This document shows positions 1-7,919 of a stretch of DNA of 64,000 nt, piece by piece. The stretch covers positions 1 through 64,000 of the IMG/VR virus record IMGVR_UViG_3300032050_000037; one strand, 5' to 3'. The position numbers and the translations under genes are program-made. Source of the DNA: a virus. The notes below the pieces were generated by a model, which did no database searches, was not told the origin of the DNA, and saw nothing but the letters and a program-made list of their open reading frames with translations. How positions within the stretch are numbered: the first letter of the stretch is position 1; every line of letters starts with the position of its first letter.

Positions 1-1
1 A

Positions 2-631
2 TTCAAAATAATCCTCTACAAGCCAAGCCTCACCAGTCTCACCAGAGATAGCATCTACATATGGGACCTTTTCTACATTTTCATGTTTAAAGAATATAAT
101 GTCTCCACCTTCGTAATCATCGTTAATGTATATATTAAAATTAAAAGAATGATTTTGATCATAGGCTCCACCTTTAATTACATCTTGGTGAATATCCATT
201 TGCCAATTTTTTGAAGAATTTGTATTTGTTTCAAAAACAACTAAATCGGCCATCAATACACCGTTTCTGTTACCATTTTCCTCTAAATCATCTAATGATT
301 TTGGAATAAATTTAGGTATTTTATTTTTTTCAAAATACTCATCATCAAAATAATTATCTCTGTAAATGTTCAAAATTTCAAAAAATACATCTAAACATTC
401 TCTCTGAAGCGCAGCTCCAAAACTGGAATCTTTTTTATATGAATGGTCTTGCATTGGATATGCTTTAGAATAATTGCCCCATGGCCTCCAGTCTTTCCAT
501 GTGTCTTTATTAAAATATGGGTCATCACCGTTTTTAGAATTTTTTATAAATTCATAGGTTGCAACCTTATCCTTTAATACATTTTTAAATAATAAAATTC
601 CACTTCCTAGATCAATTGGCTTTAAGTTCAT
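2..631 (-). CDS. 2OG-Fe(II) oxygenase (prolyl 4-hydroxylase-like), runs off the window edge
   Basis: Not in the ORF track. Reverse-strand reading from ATG 631 (MNLKPIDLGSGILLFKNV...) contains MDIHQD (HxD) and FNIYINDDYEGGDIIF, the motif shared by the other oxygenases. Confidence 0.85.
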   Translation of the reverse strand, partial: MNLKPIDLGSGILLFKNVLKDKVATYEFIKNSKNGDDPYFNKDTWKDWRPWGNYSKAYPMQDHSYKKDSSFGAALQRECLDVFFEILNIYRDNYFDDEYFEKNKIPKFIPKSLDDLEENGNRNGVLMADLVVFETNTNSSKNWQMDIHQDVIKGGAYDQNHSFNFNIYINDDYEGGDIIFFKHENVEKVPYVDAISGETGEAWLVEDYFE

Positions 632-774
632 TTTTTCCTTTTTATTATAAGTATCTTTTTAAAAAAATTTTCGATTTTATTCTGTAATTTAATTTCATGA
701 CTTTCATTTTTATAATGATCTGATTGAAAATATGGATTAAACATTTGATCACTAAAATGTCTTCTCGGCGCCAT
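628..774 (-). CDS. 48-aa small basic protein, probably leaderless
   Basis: MAPRRHFSDQMFNPYFQSDHYKNESHEIKLQNKIENFFKKILIIKRKK. The ATG is 6 nt after TGGTATAAT, and the stop overlaps the next start (ATGA). Confidence 0.7.
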   Translation of the reverse strand: MAPRRHFSDQMFNPYFQSDHYKNESHEIKLQNKIENFFKKILIIKRKK

Positions 775-790
775 AATATAATTATACCAC

Positions 791-1414
791 TTAGACTATC
801 GAAGTAATAATTCCGCTAGATACAGTTATTGTTTTACCATCGTTAGATGTAAAAGAACCACTAGCTCCATGAAAATTAACCCAAGTGGTACCATTCCATT
901 TAAGCATATCACCAGAAGTTTTACCATTTAATACTACGTTATGAAGTTCTTCTACTTCAAAACCATTTTGTACTTTTACAAATATTTCTCCATTATTTTG
1001 TTGAGCTCTAGTTACAATTCCTATAAACACTAAATGTGCAGGCGCCACTGGTTTATTTGCTAAACCGTATATTAAATTACCATCTACTCCTAACCAAACT
1101 GGATCTCCAGGATTAGCCCCATTGGTATTTAGTCCAGCCAATAAGCCTTCTGTAACTACATAACCTATTCCATTTTTATTTAAACTTTCTTCAAGTAGAC
1201 CCATAGTTTTAGACGAGGTCATTTCTATATTATTACTGGCTCTGTTTATCAACATATTAGTACCAGATTGACCAGTTGAACCAGTTACATAAACAGCTTG
1301 GCCTTTATTTATTGTTCCATTATAATCGCTTTTAACCAAATGTTTTACAGTAGATATATAGGCAGTAGATGGGTCAAATGGTGGAGTAGTAATTCTTATT
1401 CTTGGCTGAGTCAT
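791..1414 (-). CDS. Putative virion structural or fibre-associated protein
   Basis: Gly/Thr/Asn-rich beta-structure (GTINKGQAVYV...GYVVTEGLLAGLNT...GDPVWLG; C-terminal LKWNGTTWVN) typical of phage fibre or decoration domains. Confidence 0.5.
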   Translation of the reverse strand: MTQPRIRITTPPFDPSTAYISTVKHLVKSDYNGTINKGQAVYVTGSTGQSGTNMLINRASNNIEMTSSKTMGLLEESLNKNGIGYVVTEGLLAGLNTNGANPGDPVWLGVDGNLIYGLANKPVAPAHLVFIGIVTRAQQNNGEIFVKVQNGFEVEELHNVVLNGKTSGDMLKWNGTTWVNFHGASGSFTSNDGKTITVSSGIITSIV

Positions 1415-1680
1415 CCGATATCCAATTTAAATAATGCTATAGATACACCTGCATCGCCTACTGCAAATATTTTATCGCTAGGTGCAAGCTCTATAGTAAA
1501 TGATTGTCCAGGATAAAGCTTATGTCCATAATTTGAAGAAGATACAGATTCATTACCAAGATAAGCGTACCCAGTTGTCATAATATTTTGAATAGATAAA
1601 ACCATAGGTCTATCAAGAACACCACTTCTTGTTAAATCTAGCGGTGTGCTATTTAATAAAATTATAGATTGTCTTATCAC
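1411..1680 (-). CDS. Hypothetical small beta-sandwich protein, leaderless GTG start
   Basis: ORF track. GTG lies 6 nt after TATAAT; ATGA overlap with the next gene. Confidence 0.6.
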   Translation of the reverse strand: MIRQSIILLNSTPLDLTRSGVLDRPMVLSIQNIMTTGYAYLGNESVSSSNYGHKLYPGQSFTIELAPSDKIFAVGDAGVSIALFKLDIG

Positions 1681-1703
1681 TATACTATTATACCGCTAAT
1701 CAA

Positions 1704-1781
1704 CAGAAAACCCAATCGGAGGCGGATCCAATTGGGCTCTGGCATCTAATGATGCATTGTAAGGAGCTAGGCTCGACCTAC
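1704..1781 (-). ncRNA. Candidate ~78-nt structured small RNA (three hairpins, the last terminator-like)
   Basis: GC-rich island in an AT-rich spacer with its own TTGACT-N17-TAAAAT promoter. The stems contain G-U pairs only when read on the minus strand. Confidence 0.6.
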
Positions 1782-1787
1782 AAAACT

Positions 1788-1816
1788 ATTTTATAATTTA
1801 TATATTTTAAAGTCAA
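1788..1816 (-). promoter_or_regulatory. Sigma70-type promoter for the candidate sRNA
   Basis: TTGACT (1816-1811), 17-nt spacer, TAAAAT (1793-1788); predicted +1 at G1781. Confidence 0.65.
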
Positions 1817-2460
1817 TCTTTATTAATTTTTTCAAAATATTTTTTTCTATATTCAGATCTCCACAAAAACATAACTAAATTTACACGCTCCCCAGATTCG
1901 ACCTTATTTACTAAATGCGGAAAATTCATATCCCCACGGAAAAAAATAAGGGTTCCAGGATTTGGTTTTATTTTTAAATTTTGTAAAGGGAATTCTATCT
2001 CTCCACCTTGATATTTATTGTTTAAATATAATATTGCTGAATAATCTGGCTCTAAACCTAATTCTTTTATTATATTTTTATCTGTTCCATATGGAAAATA
2101 AAAAGAACCATCTGGATCGTAATTGTCATAATGTTCTGTTATTTCTGACCCTGAAATCATTTTACTATAAAATATTGTTCTTGGATCAATACTAGTGTCA
2201 TATTTTTTTGATAAAAATGATTTAATAGACACAACACAATTTGTTAATAAATCTATAGATATATTTTTATTTATATTATCAGAGTATTCTTGAATTGGAT
2301 TATTGTATCCAATTTTCCAAGCAGATTCTATACCTTGACTAGGTCCTCCAAAAATTCCTTTATTTTCAGTTTCATTTAAAGAATCTTTGAATGAATCTAC
2401 TATGAAATTACAAGAATCTTCAGATAAAAAATTTTCTATAATTTCTACATTGTTTTGCAT
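1813..2460 (-). CDS. 2OG-Fe(II) oxygenase (prolyl 4-hydroxylase-like)
   Basis: HYD ... SAILYLNNKYQGGEIEF ... H ... R: facial triad plus 2OG-binding basic residue. Confidence 0.9.
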   Translation of the reverse strand: MQNNVEIIENFLSEDSCNFIVDSFKDSLNETENKGIFGGPSQGIESAWKIGYNNPIQEYSDNINKNISIDLLTNCVVSIKSFLSKKYDTSIDPRTIFYSKMISGSEITEHYDNYDPDGSFYFPYGTDKNIIKELGLEPDYSAILYLNNKYQGGEIEFPLQNLKIKPNPGTLIFFRGDMNFPHLVNKVESGERVNLVMFLWRSEYRKKYFEKINKD

Positions 2461-2463
2461 TTA

Positions 2464-2667
2464 TCAAGAAATATTTTTAAGTAAATCTTTAGATTGTAAT
2501 CCATCTAGAATATCAGAGCATACTTGTCTGTAATATGGCTGTGCGGCTAATATTTGTTTTTCTAATTCTATTAAACTAGAACCAGATTCAACAGCAACCA
2601 TTCTATTTCTTGTATTGATTTTTTCTACCATTAATTCAATTACTGCAAATTTATCCATTCGTCTCAT
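2464..2667 (-). CDS. Hypothetical protein
   Basis: ORF track; tightly packed in the leftward operon. Confidence 0.55.
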   Translation of the reverse strand: MRRMDKFAVIELMVEKINTRNRMVAVESGSSLIELEKQILAAQPYYRQVCSDILDGLQSKDLLKNIS

Positions 2668-2881
2668 CCTTTTCAGAAGTAAATGAAGGGACTGGACCTA
2701 ATAGATATCCTTGATCATGATATGCAATTAATTTAGATACCTCGTCGCCATCATCTTTTGATGTATTTTTGGCTATTAATGTTAATACGTCATAAATTCT
2801 ATGAAGCATAATATAGCTAACCATTGGAAGATTATCTTCCAAATTCTGTTGTTGCCTATCCTCTTCAGACATTTTTATCAA
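2651..2881 (-). CDS. Hypothetical protein (start probably ATG 2872)
   Basis: ORF track; overlaps both neighbours in operon fashion. Confidence 0.6.
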   Translation of the reverse strand: MIKMSEEDRQQQNLEDNLPMVSYIMLHRIYDVLTLIAKNTSKDDGDEVSKLIAYHDQGYLLGPVPSFTSEKDETNG

Positions 2882-3077
2882 CCTTTTCTTTTATACTATT
2901 ATACAATTTTTCTCCTATAAAATTTTTATAAGAACAAGATAAACAATATAAAAATATATTATCTTCCATATCTAAATTAGATTGAAGAAGGCCTTGGTCC
3001 ATAGGACATTCTATCCTAGGTACAAGACCCTCTTCTGATAAAGCTATATATTTAGATACATATTGTATCTTTTTCAA
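2865..3077 (-). CDS. Small zinc-ribbon protein
   Basis: CPMD ... CLSC motif; AAGGAG RBS before a TTG start. Confidence 0.6.
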   Translation of the reverse strand: MKKIQYVSKYIALSEEGLVPRIECPMDQGLLQSNLDMEDNIFLYCLSCSYKNFIGEKLYNSIKEKVDKNV

Positions 3078-3086
3078 TATCGCTCC

Positions 3087-3638
3087 TTAAGCTGAAGGAA
3101 ACTCTGTAATAAGTTTCTTTGCTTTGACTATAGAGTTTGGCCAGGAAGACCAATCTTTACCGCCCTTAGTCATATAGTACGTTATCTCGGCATTTGTTAC
3201 TGGATCAAATAATTCCTTATTTGAAACTAATTCGAATTTTTCTAATCTTTTTACACCTAGTTGCCCAAGCATATTAATTTGAAAAATTCCGTAAGATTTA
3301 TCACCAGTTGATTTGTTGTCGTTTAAAGCCATTGGTCTCCCATTAGACTCTACCCTTGCAACAGCCCAAGCTGTTTTTAAACCAATTCCTTCAAATCCCA
3401 CAGCCCATAGTAAATCTTTTAAATCTTCAGGTGCAAGCATTTCTGAACTGGCATAAGTATCATTACTGAACTTATTTATTATTTCTCTTTTTAGTTGTTT
3501 TTCGGTTTTTTCTACCTTTGCAGGCAGTGCTTGAGTTGCTGTAGGCCCAGGCTGGACTGAAAACAAAAATAATGTTATCATTATAATTGCAGTCCAACTA
3601 TGAACTACATCGCTCAAACGTTGTTTGATTCTCTCCAT
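3087..3638 (-). CDS. Lytic transglycosylase (SLT/lysozyme-like fold) with N-terminal hydrophobic signal or anchor
   Basis: AVARVESNG (catalytic Glu), SYGIFQIN and WSSW motifs. AAGGAGG RBS precedes ATG 3644/3638; the ORF-track start at 3701 is the TTG of a -35 box. Confidence 0.85.
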   Translation of the reverse strand: MERIKQRLSDVVHSWTAIIMITLFLFSVQPGPTATQALPAKVEKTEKQLKREIINKFSNDTYASSEMLAPEDLKDLLWAVGFEGIGLKTAWAVARVESNGRPMALNDNKSTGDKSYGIFQINMLGQLGVKRLEKFELVSNKELFDPVTNAEITYYMTKGGKDWSSWPNSIVKAKKLITEFPSA

Positions 3639-3671
3639 TGGCATTTCCTCCTTTAGAGATAACGGACTATA

Positions 3672-3701
3672 ATAATAACATTGTATTTGTAGATGTGTCA
3701 A
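3672..3701 (-). promoter_or_regulatory. Leftward promoter at the strand switch
   Basis: TTGACA, 18-nt spacer, TATTAT, with an extended -10 TG. Confidence 0.65.
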
Positions 3702-3723
3702 CCTAGTTGAGTAGAAAGATTTT

Positions 3724-4713
3724 ATGAATATATCATTTTCAACACCTATTATTAACTTAAAAAGTAATAATGGTTATGGATATGCTGCTAAAAATATAGT
3801 AAAATCATTGACTAATTTAGGACACTTTGTTCCATTTCAAGACCCAAAATCAAAAGTTCAATTAAATTTTTCTCAGCCATCGCATTATAAGTTACATAAA
3901 AATCAATATCAAATTAGTTATACTCCATGGGAATCTACCGTTATTCCAAAAGAATGGATTTACTACATGAATGCATGTGATGAAATATGGACAACTTCTA
4001 CTTGGTGTGCAAATAATTTTGAAGATAATGGATTTAAAAATGTTAAAGTTTATCAACATGGAATAGATCCAATATGGAAGCCATACCGTAGACCAGACGA
4101 TGGAATAATTAAATTTTTGCATATAGGAGAACCTGCTCCAAGAAAAGCGGGTCAAATGGTTGTAGATGCTTTTGTTTCTTTATTTGGAAATAATCCAAAT
4201 TATTCTTTAACTATAAAAGCTGATCAAATAAATACAACAAGAATATATAACAACTATATAGATAAAAATATTATAGGATTGCCACAAAATTTATATTCTA
4301 ATATAAATTTAATTACTGATGTTTTAAATGATGAAGATTTGGTTAATTTATATAACTCTCATGACGTTTTAGTTTATCCAAGTTATGGAGAAGGTTTTGG
4401 CTTTATTCCATTACAAGCCTTAGCAACTGGCATGCCAACTATTTGTACAAGTGGTTGGGCAGAATATGAAAGTTATCTTGGGCCATTAAAGTTAAAATCT
4501 GAATTAATAGATTCCCCATGGCCTTTTCCGCATGAAGGTAAAGTTTTAGAGCCAAACTATAAACATCTACTTGAAGTTATGAGAGACGTTGCGATAAATT
4601 TTAATGCATATTCTGGTTATTATTTTGCTCAGTCAACTAAAATACATAAAGAATATAATTGGGATCAGTTGACCAATAATGCATTTGATCATATTTTTAA
4701 AAAGTTTTCTTAA
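3724..4713 (+). CDS. Glycosyltransferase, GT-B fold (GT4-like)
   Basis: FLHIGEPAPRKAG and DVLVYPSYGEGFGFIPLQALATGMPTI motifs. Confidence 0.9.
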   Translation: MNISFSTPIINLKSNNGYGYAAKNIVKSLTNLGHFVPFQDPKSKVQLNFSQPSHYKLHKNQYQISYTPWESTVIPKEWIYYMNACDEIWTTSTWCANNFEDNGFKNVKVYQHGIDPIWKPYRRPDDGIIKFLHIGEPAPRKAGQMVVDAFVSLFGNNPNYSLTIKADQINTTRIYNNYIDKNIIGLPQNLYSNINLITDVLNDEDLVNLYNSHDVLVYPSYGEGFGFIPLQALATGMPTICTSGWAEYESYLGPLKLKSELIDSPWPFPHEGKVLEPNYKHLLEVMRDVAINFNAYSGYYFAQSTKIHKEYNWDQLTNNAFDHIFKKFS

Positions 4714-4800
4714 AGTCTTCCCTCTATAAATAACATTTGATACACTTATATCTCATTTAAATTTAATAAACCGTCAGGCGGAGAAAAGGTCGTATAATAA

Positions 4801-6735
4801 ATGTCATACAGCATTCAGAATCCATATGAAAATTTTATTGCATTGTCAAGATATGCAAGATGGATACCAGAAGAAAATCGTCGAGAAACTTGGAGCGAAA
4901 CAGTAGATCGTTATTTTTCTTTTATGCTAGATCATTTATTTAAAGAACATTCATACGAACCTTCATCTAAACTTATAGAAGAATTAAAGCAAGCAGTTCT
5001 TGATAGAAACGTTATGCCTTCAATGAGAGCAGTAATGACTGCAGGCGCTGCTTTGGAAAGAGACCATGTTGCTGGATATAATTGTTCATTTGTGCCAGTA
5101 GACAATCCAAGATCATTTGATGAAACAATGTATATTCTTATGTGCGGAACAGGTGTTGGATTTTCTGTAGAATACAAGTATGTAAATAAACTTCCTGCAG
5201 TTCCAGAAACATTTGAAAAATCTACAACAGTTATAACAGTAGAAGATTCTAAGCAAGGTTGGGCAAAAGCATATAGAGAATTATTAGCTTTACTATGGTC
5301 AGGACAAATCCCGTCAGTAGATGTTTCAAAGCTTCGTCCAGCAGGAGCAAGACTTAAAACAATGGGAGGTCGTTCATCTGGCCCACAACCATTAATAAAT
5401 CTTTTTGATTTTACAATTGCTAAATTTAAATCAGCAGCAGGTCGTCAATTAAAGCCAATTGAGGCACATGATTTAATGTGTAAAATTGGTGAAATCGTTG
5501 TAGTTGGTGGAGTTCGTCGCTCTGCAATGATTTCTTTATCTAATATCAATGATATAGAGATGGCAGCAGCTAAATCAGGAAATTGGTGGGAGAATAATTC
5601 TCAACGTGCACTATCTAACAACTCAGTGGCTTATTCTCGTAAACCAGAAATGGAACAGTTTATTGCAGAATGGAAAAACTTATATGATTCAAAATCAGGA
5701 GAACGTGGAATCTACAATGTTGCAGCGGCACAAAAACAAGCAGCTAAATATGGAAGACGGGATCCTGAAATTCATTATGGAACCAACCCTTGTTCGGAAA
5801 TTATTCTCCGTCCTTATCAGTTTTGTAATCTTTCAGAAGTCGTATTACGTGAAAAAGATACAGTTGAAGATGTTGCAAATAAAGTCCGTCTTGCCACTAT
5901 TTTAGGAACATGGCAATCAACATTAACAGATTTTAAATATCTTCGTAAAATTTGGAAAGATAATACAGAAGAGGAGCGTCTATTGGGTGTTTCTTTAACT
6001 GGTCAATTTGGACATAAATTCTTTTCAGGAAAAGAAGATATTGATAAGTTAGAAAAAACATTAATTCAACTTCGTGAGTCTGCAAGAAAAGTAAATGCAG
6101 AAGAGGCTAAAAAAATTGGTATTCAGGAATCAGCAGCGATTACATGTGTTAAGCCTTCTGGAACAGTATCTCAACTAGTTGGAGTTTCATCTGGAATGCA
6201 TCCTTGGCATTCTCAATATTATATTCGTACAGTACGTGGAGACAAAAAGGATCCAATTTCTACATTTTTAAAAGAAGTAGGTATACCAGTAGAAGATGAT
6301 GTAATGAAACCAAATGACACATATGTATTCTCATTCCCAGTAAAAGCTCCAGAAGGCGCTATTGTTAGAAATGATCTTACTGCAATTGATCATTTAAACA
6401 CATGGTTAATTTATCAACGTGCATGGTGTGAACACAAGCCATCTATTACAGTATCTGTGAAAGAAGATGAATGGATGGAAGTTGGCGCATGGGTATACAA
6501 GCATTTTGATGAGGTATCTGGCATTTCATTTTTACCACATTCAGATCATACATACAAGCAAGCACCATATCAAGAAGTTTCTAAAGAAGAATATGTAGAT
6601 CTTTTAAGCAAGATGCCTAAAGAAATCAGATGGGCAGACCTTTCTTTCTATGAAACAGAAGATGGAACATCTGGAACACAAACACTTGCATGCACATCTG
6701 ATGGAAACTGTGAACTTGTAGATATTTCTGCATAG
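4801..6735 (+). CDS. nrdJ: Ribonucleotide reductase, probably class II (adenosylcobalamin-dependent)
   Basis: YNCSF, GVRRSAMISL, TNPCSEI, CVKPSGT and a C-terminal Cys pair; no beta-subunit gene nearby. Confidence 0.88.
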   Translation: MSYSIQNPYENFIALSRYARWIPEENRRETWSETVDRYFSFMLDHLFKEHSYEPSSKLIEELKQAVLDRNVMPSMRAVMTAGAALERDHVAGYNCSFVPVDNPRSFDETMYILMCGTGVGFSVEYKYVNKLPAVPETFEKSTTVITVEDSKQGWAKAYRELLALLWSGQIPSVDVSKLRPAGARLKTMGGRSSGPQPLINLFDFTIAKFKSAAGRQLKPIEAHDLMCKIGEIVVVGGVRRSAMISLSNINDIEMAAAKSGNWWENNSQRALSNNSVAYSRKPEMEQFIAEWKNLYDSKSGERGIYNVAAAQKQAAKYGRRDPEIHYGTNPCSEIILRPYQFCNLSEVVLREKDTVEDVANKVRLATILGTWQSTLTDFKYLRKIWKDNTEEERLLGVSLTGQFGHKFFSGKEDIDKLEKTLIQLRESARKVNAEEAKKIGIQESAAITCVKPSGTVSQLVGVSSGMHPWHSQYYIRTVRGDKKDPISTFLKEVGIPVEDDVMKPNDTYVFSFPVKAPEGAIVRNDLTAIDHLNTWLIYQRAWCEHKPSITVSVKEDEWMEVGAWVYKHFDEVSGISFLPHSDHTYKQAPYQEVSKEEYVDLLSKMPKEIRWADLSFYETEDGTSGTQTLACTSDGNCELVDISA

Positions 6736-6802
6736 TGGTATTATTATAGTATTGGGTAACACCAAAATTGCTGAGCACACGGCTCAGAAATAGGAGGATC
6801 TA

Positions 6803-7030
6803 ATGAAAAAAGATCTAAATAATGATGGAGTAATATCAATGACAGAACAAATCCTAGCAGCTCTTGGAACATATGCTCGTGCATTCCTTTCAGCAGCAAT
6901 TGCTTTGTATATGACTGGAAATACAAATCCAAAGGATCTACTTATGGGCGGAGTAGCAGCAGTAGCCCCAGTGATTTTGAAAGCTCTTTCTCCAAGCAAT
7001 CAAGAATTTGGTTTTAAATCAGCCAAGTAA
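6803..7030 (+). CDS. Putative holin (two hydrophobic helices)
   Basis: 75 aa; two hydrophobic segments (YARAFLSAAIALYM, LLMGGVAAVAPVILKAL) and a polar C-terminus; strong RBS. Confidence 0.65.
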   Translation: MKKDLNNDGVISMTEQILAALGTYARAFLSAAIALYMTGNTNPKDLLMGGVAAVAPVILKALSPSNQEFGFKSAK

Positions 7031-7048
7031 TTCAGTAGACTGTATTAA

Positions 7049-7085
7049 GAAAGCTCCTATGCTAAAATGAGCATAGGAGTTTTCC
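7049..7085 (+). terminator. Intrinsic terminator with an embedded extended -10 (TGCTAAAAT)
   Basis: CTCCTATGCT-aaaatg-AGCATAGGAG followed by TTTT. Confidence 0.65.
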
Positions 7086-7105
7086 TATTTTAGGAGATTT
7101 TGCAA

Positions 7106-7456
7106 ATGGCAGTACAAAAAAATTTTGAAGTAGATCAAAATGCTACTTTCACCTTTGAAGTTCAATATACTGAAGAGGATGAAGTCACACCTATAAGTTT
7201 AGTAAATGCAACTGCAAAAATGCAAGTACGTGATACTAAAGGTGGATCTAAATTAGCATTTACTTTAACATCACCAACTGGTGGTATAACAATTAATGGA
7301 GCAACTGGAACATTAACTGTTAAAATGACACCTACTCAAACTAATAAATTGTTTTATCCAAAATCTTCTTATGACATTATGGTCGTCGATTCTAATGGGA
7401 ATAAAATAAAACTCCTAGAGGGGTTTTTAACACTCAGTAGATCGGTGACTATATGA
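7106..7456 (+). CDS. Virion structural protein (Ig-like baseplate or fibre-adaptor domain)
   Basis: DQNATF...AKMQVR...YDIMV...LLEG pattern typical of phage fibre-adaptor domains; AGGAG RBS. Confidence 0.6.
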   Translation: MAVQKNFEVDQNATFTFEVQYTEEDEVTPISLVNATAKMQVRDTKGGSKLAFTLTSPTGGITINGATGTLTVKMTPTQTNKLFYPKSSYDIMVVDSNGNKIKLLEGFLTLSRSVTI

Positions 7457-7905
7457 CAGAAAAAGTAATAGTAAAAGAAGAAAAAAGAAAAGTTATTGTT
7501 ACGTCTCCTGGACCTCAAGGTCCAGCAGGAAGAACAATATTAAATGGAACTGGTGCTCCTTCTGGAAATTTAGGAGTAACTGGAGATTTTTATTACAATA
7601 CATCTACAACAGACTTTTATGGACCAAAACTTACAGACTTAAGTTGGTCTGGCGCAACAGTAATTAAATTTATTCAAGAAGGTGCAGATTATGCATATTC
7701 AACTTCTTGGGAAATAGCTCAACTTTCAGGGCCATTAAATGGCGTATATTCTTTAGAAATTATGCACAACTTAGGATTTTATCCAAATCTAACAGTAAGA
7801 ACAAGTTCTGGAGATATTTTAGAAACTGGAATAGATTACAATAATATAAACAAAATAACACTGACTATGGCTCAACCATTTTCAGGGACAGCATACCTGT
7901 CATAA
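7453..7905 (+). CDS. Fibre-associated protein with a short collagen-like segment
   Basis: PGPQGPAG, GTGAPSGNLGVTGDFYY and HNLGFYP motifs. Confidence 0.6.
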   Translation: MTEKVIVKEEKRKVIVTSPGPQGPAGRTILNGTGAPSGNLGVTGDFYYNTSTTDFYGPKLTDLSWSGATVIKFIQEGADYAYSTSWEIAQLSGPLNGVYSLEIMHNLGFYPNLTVRTSSGDILETGIDYNNINKITLTMAQPFSGTAYLS

Positions 7906-7919
7906 AGGAGAAATAAAAA

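Noticed and set aside
1704-1783. tRNA or hammerhead/HDV ribozyme
   Set aside because: No cloverleaf, T-loop or acceptor stem; no CUGANGA/GAAA core or nested double pseudoknot found by eye.
3639-3701. N-terminal extension of the transglycosylase given in the ORF track
   Set aside because: The TTG is part of a TTGACA -35 box, and the real RBS lies just before ATG 3644/3638.
4714-4800. Cobalamin riboswitch upstream of nrdJ
   Set aside because: The spacer is under 90 nt, AT-rich, and lacks a B12 box.
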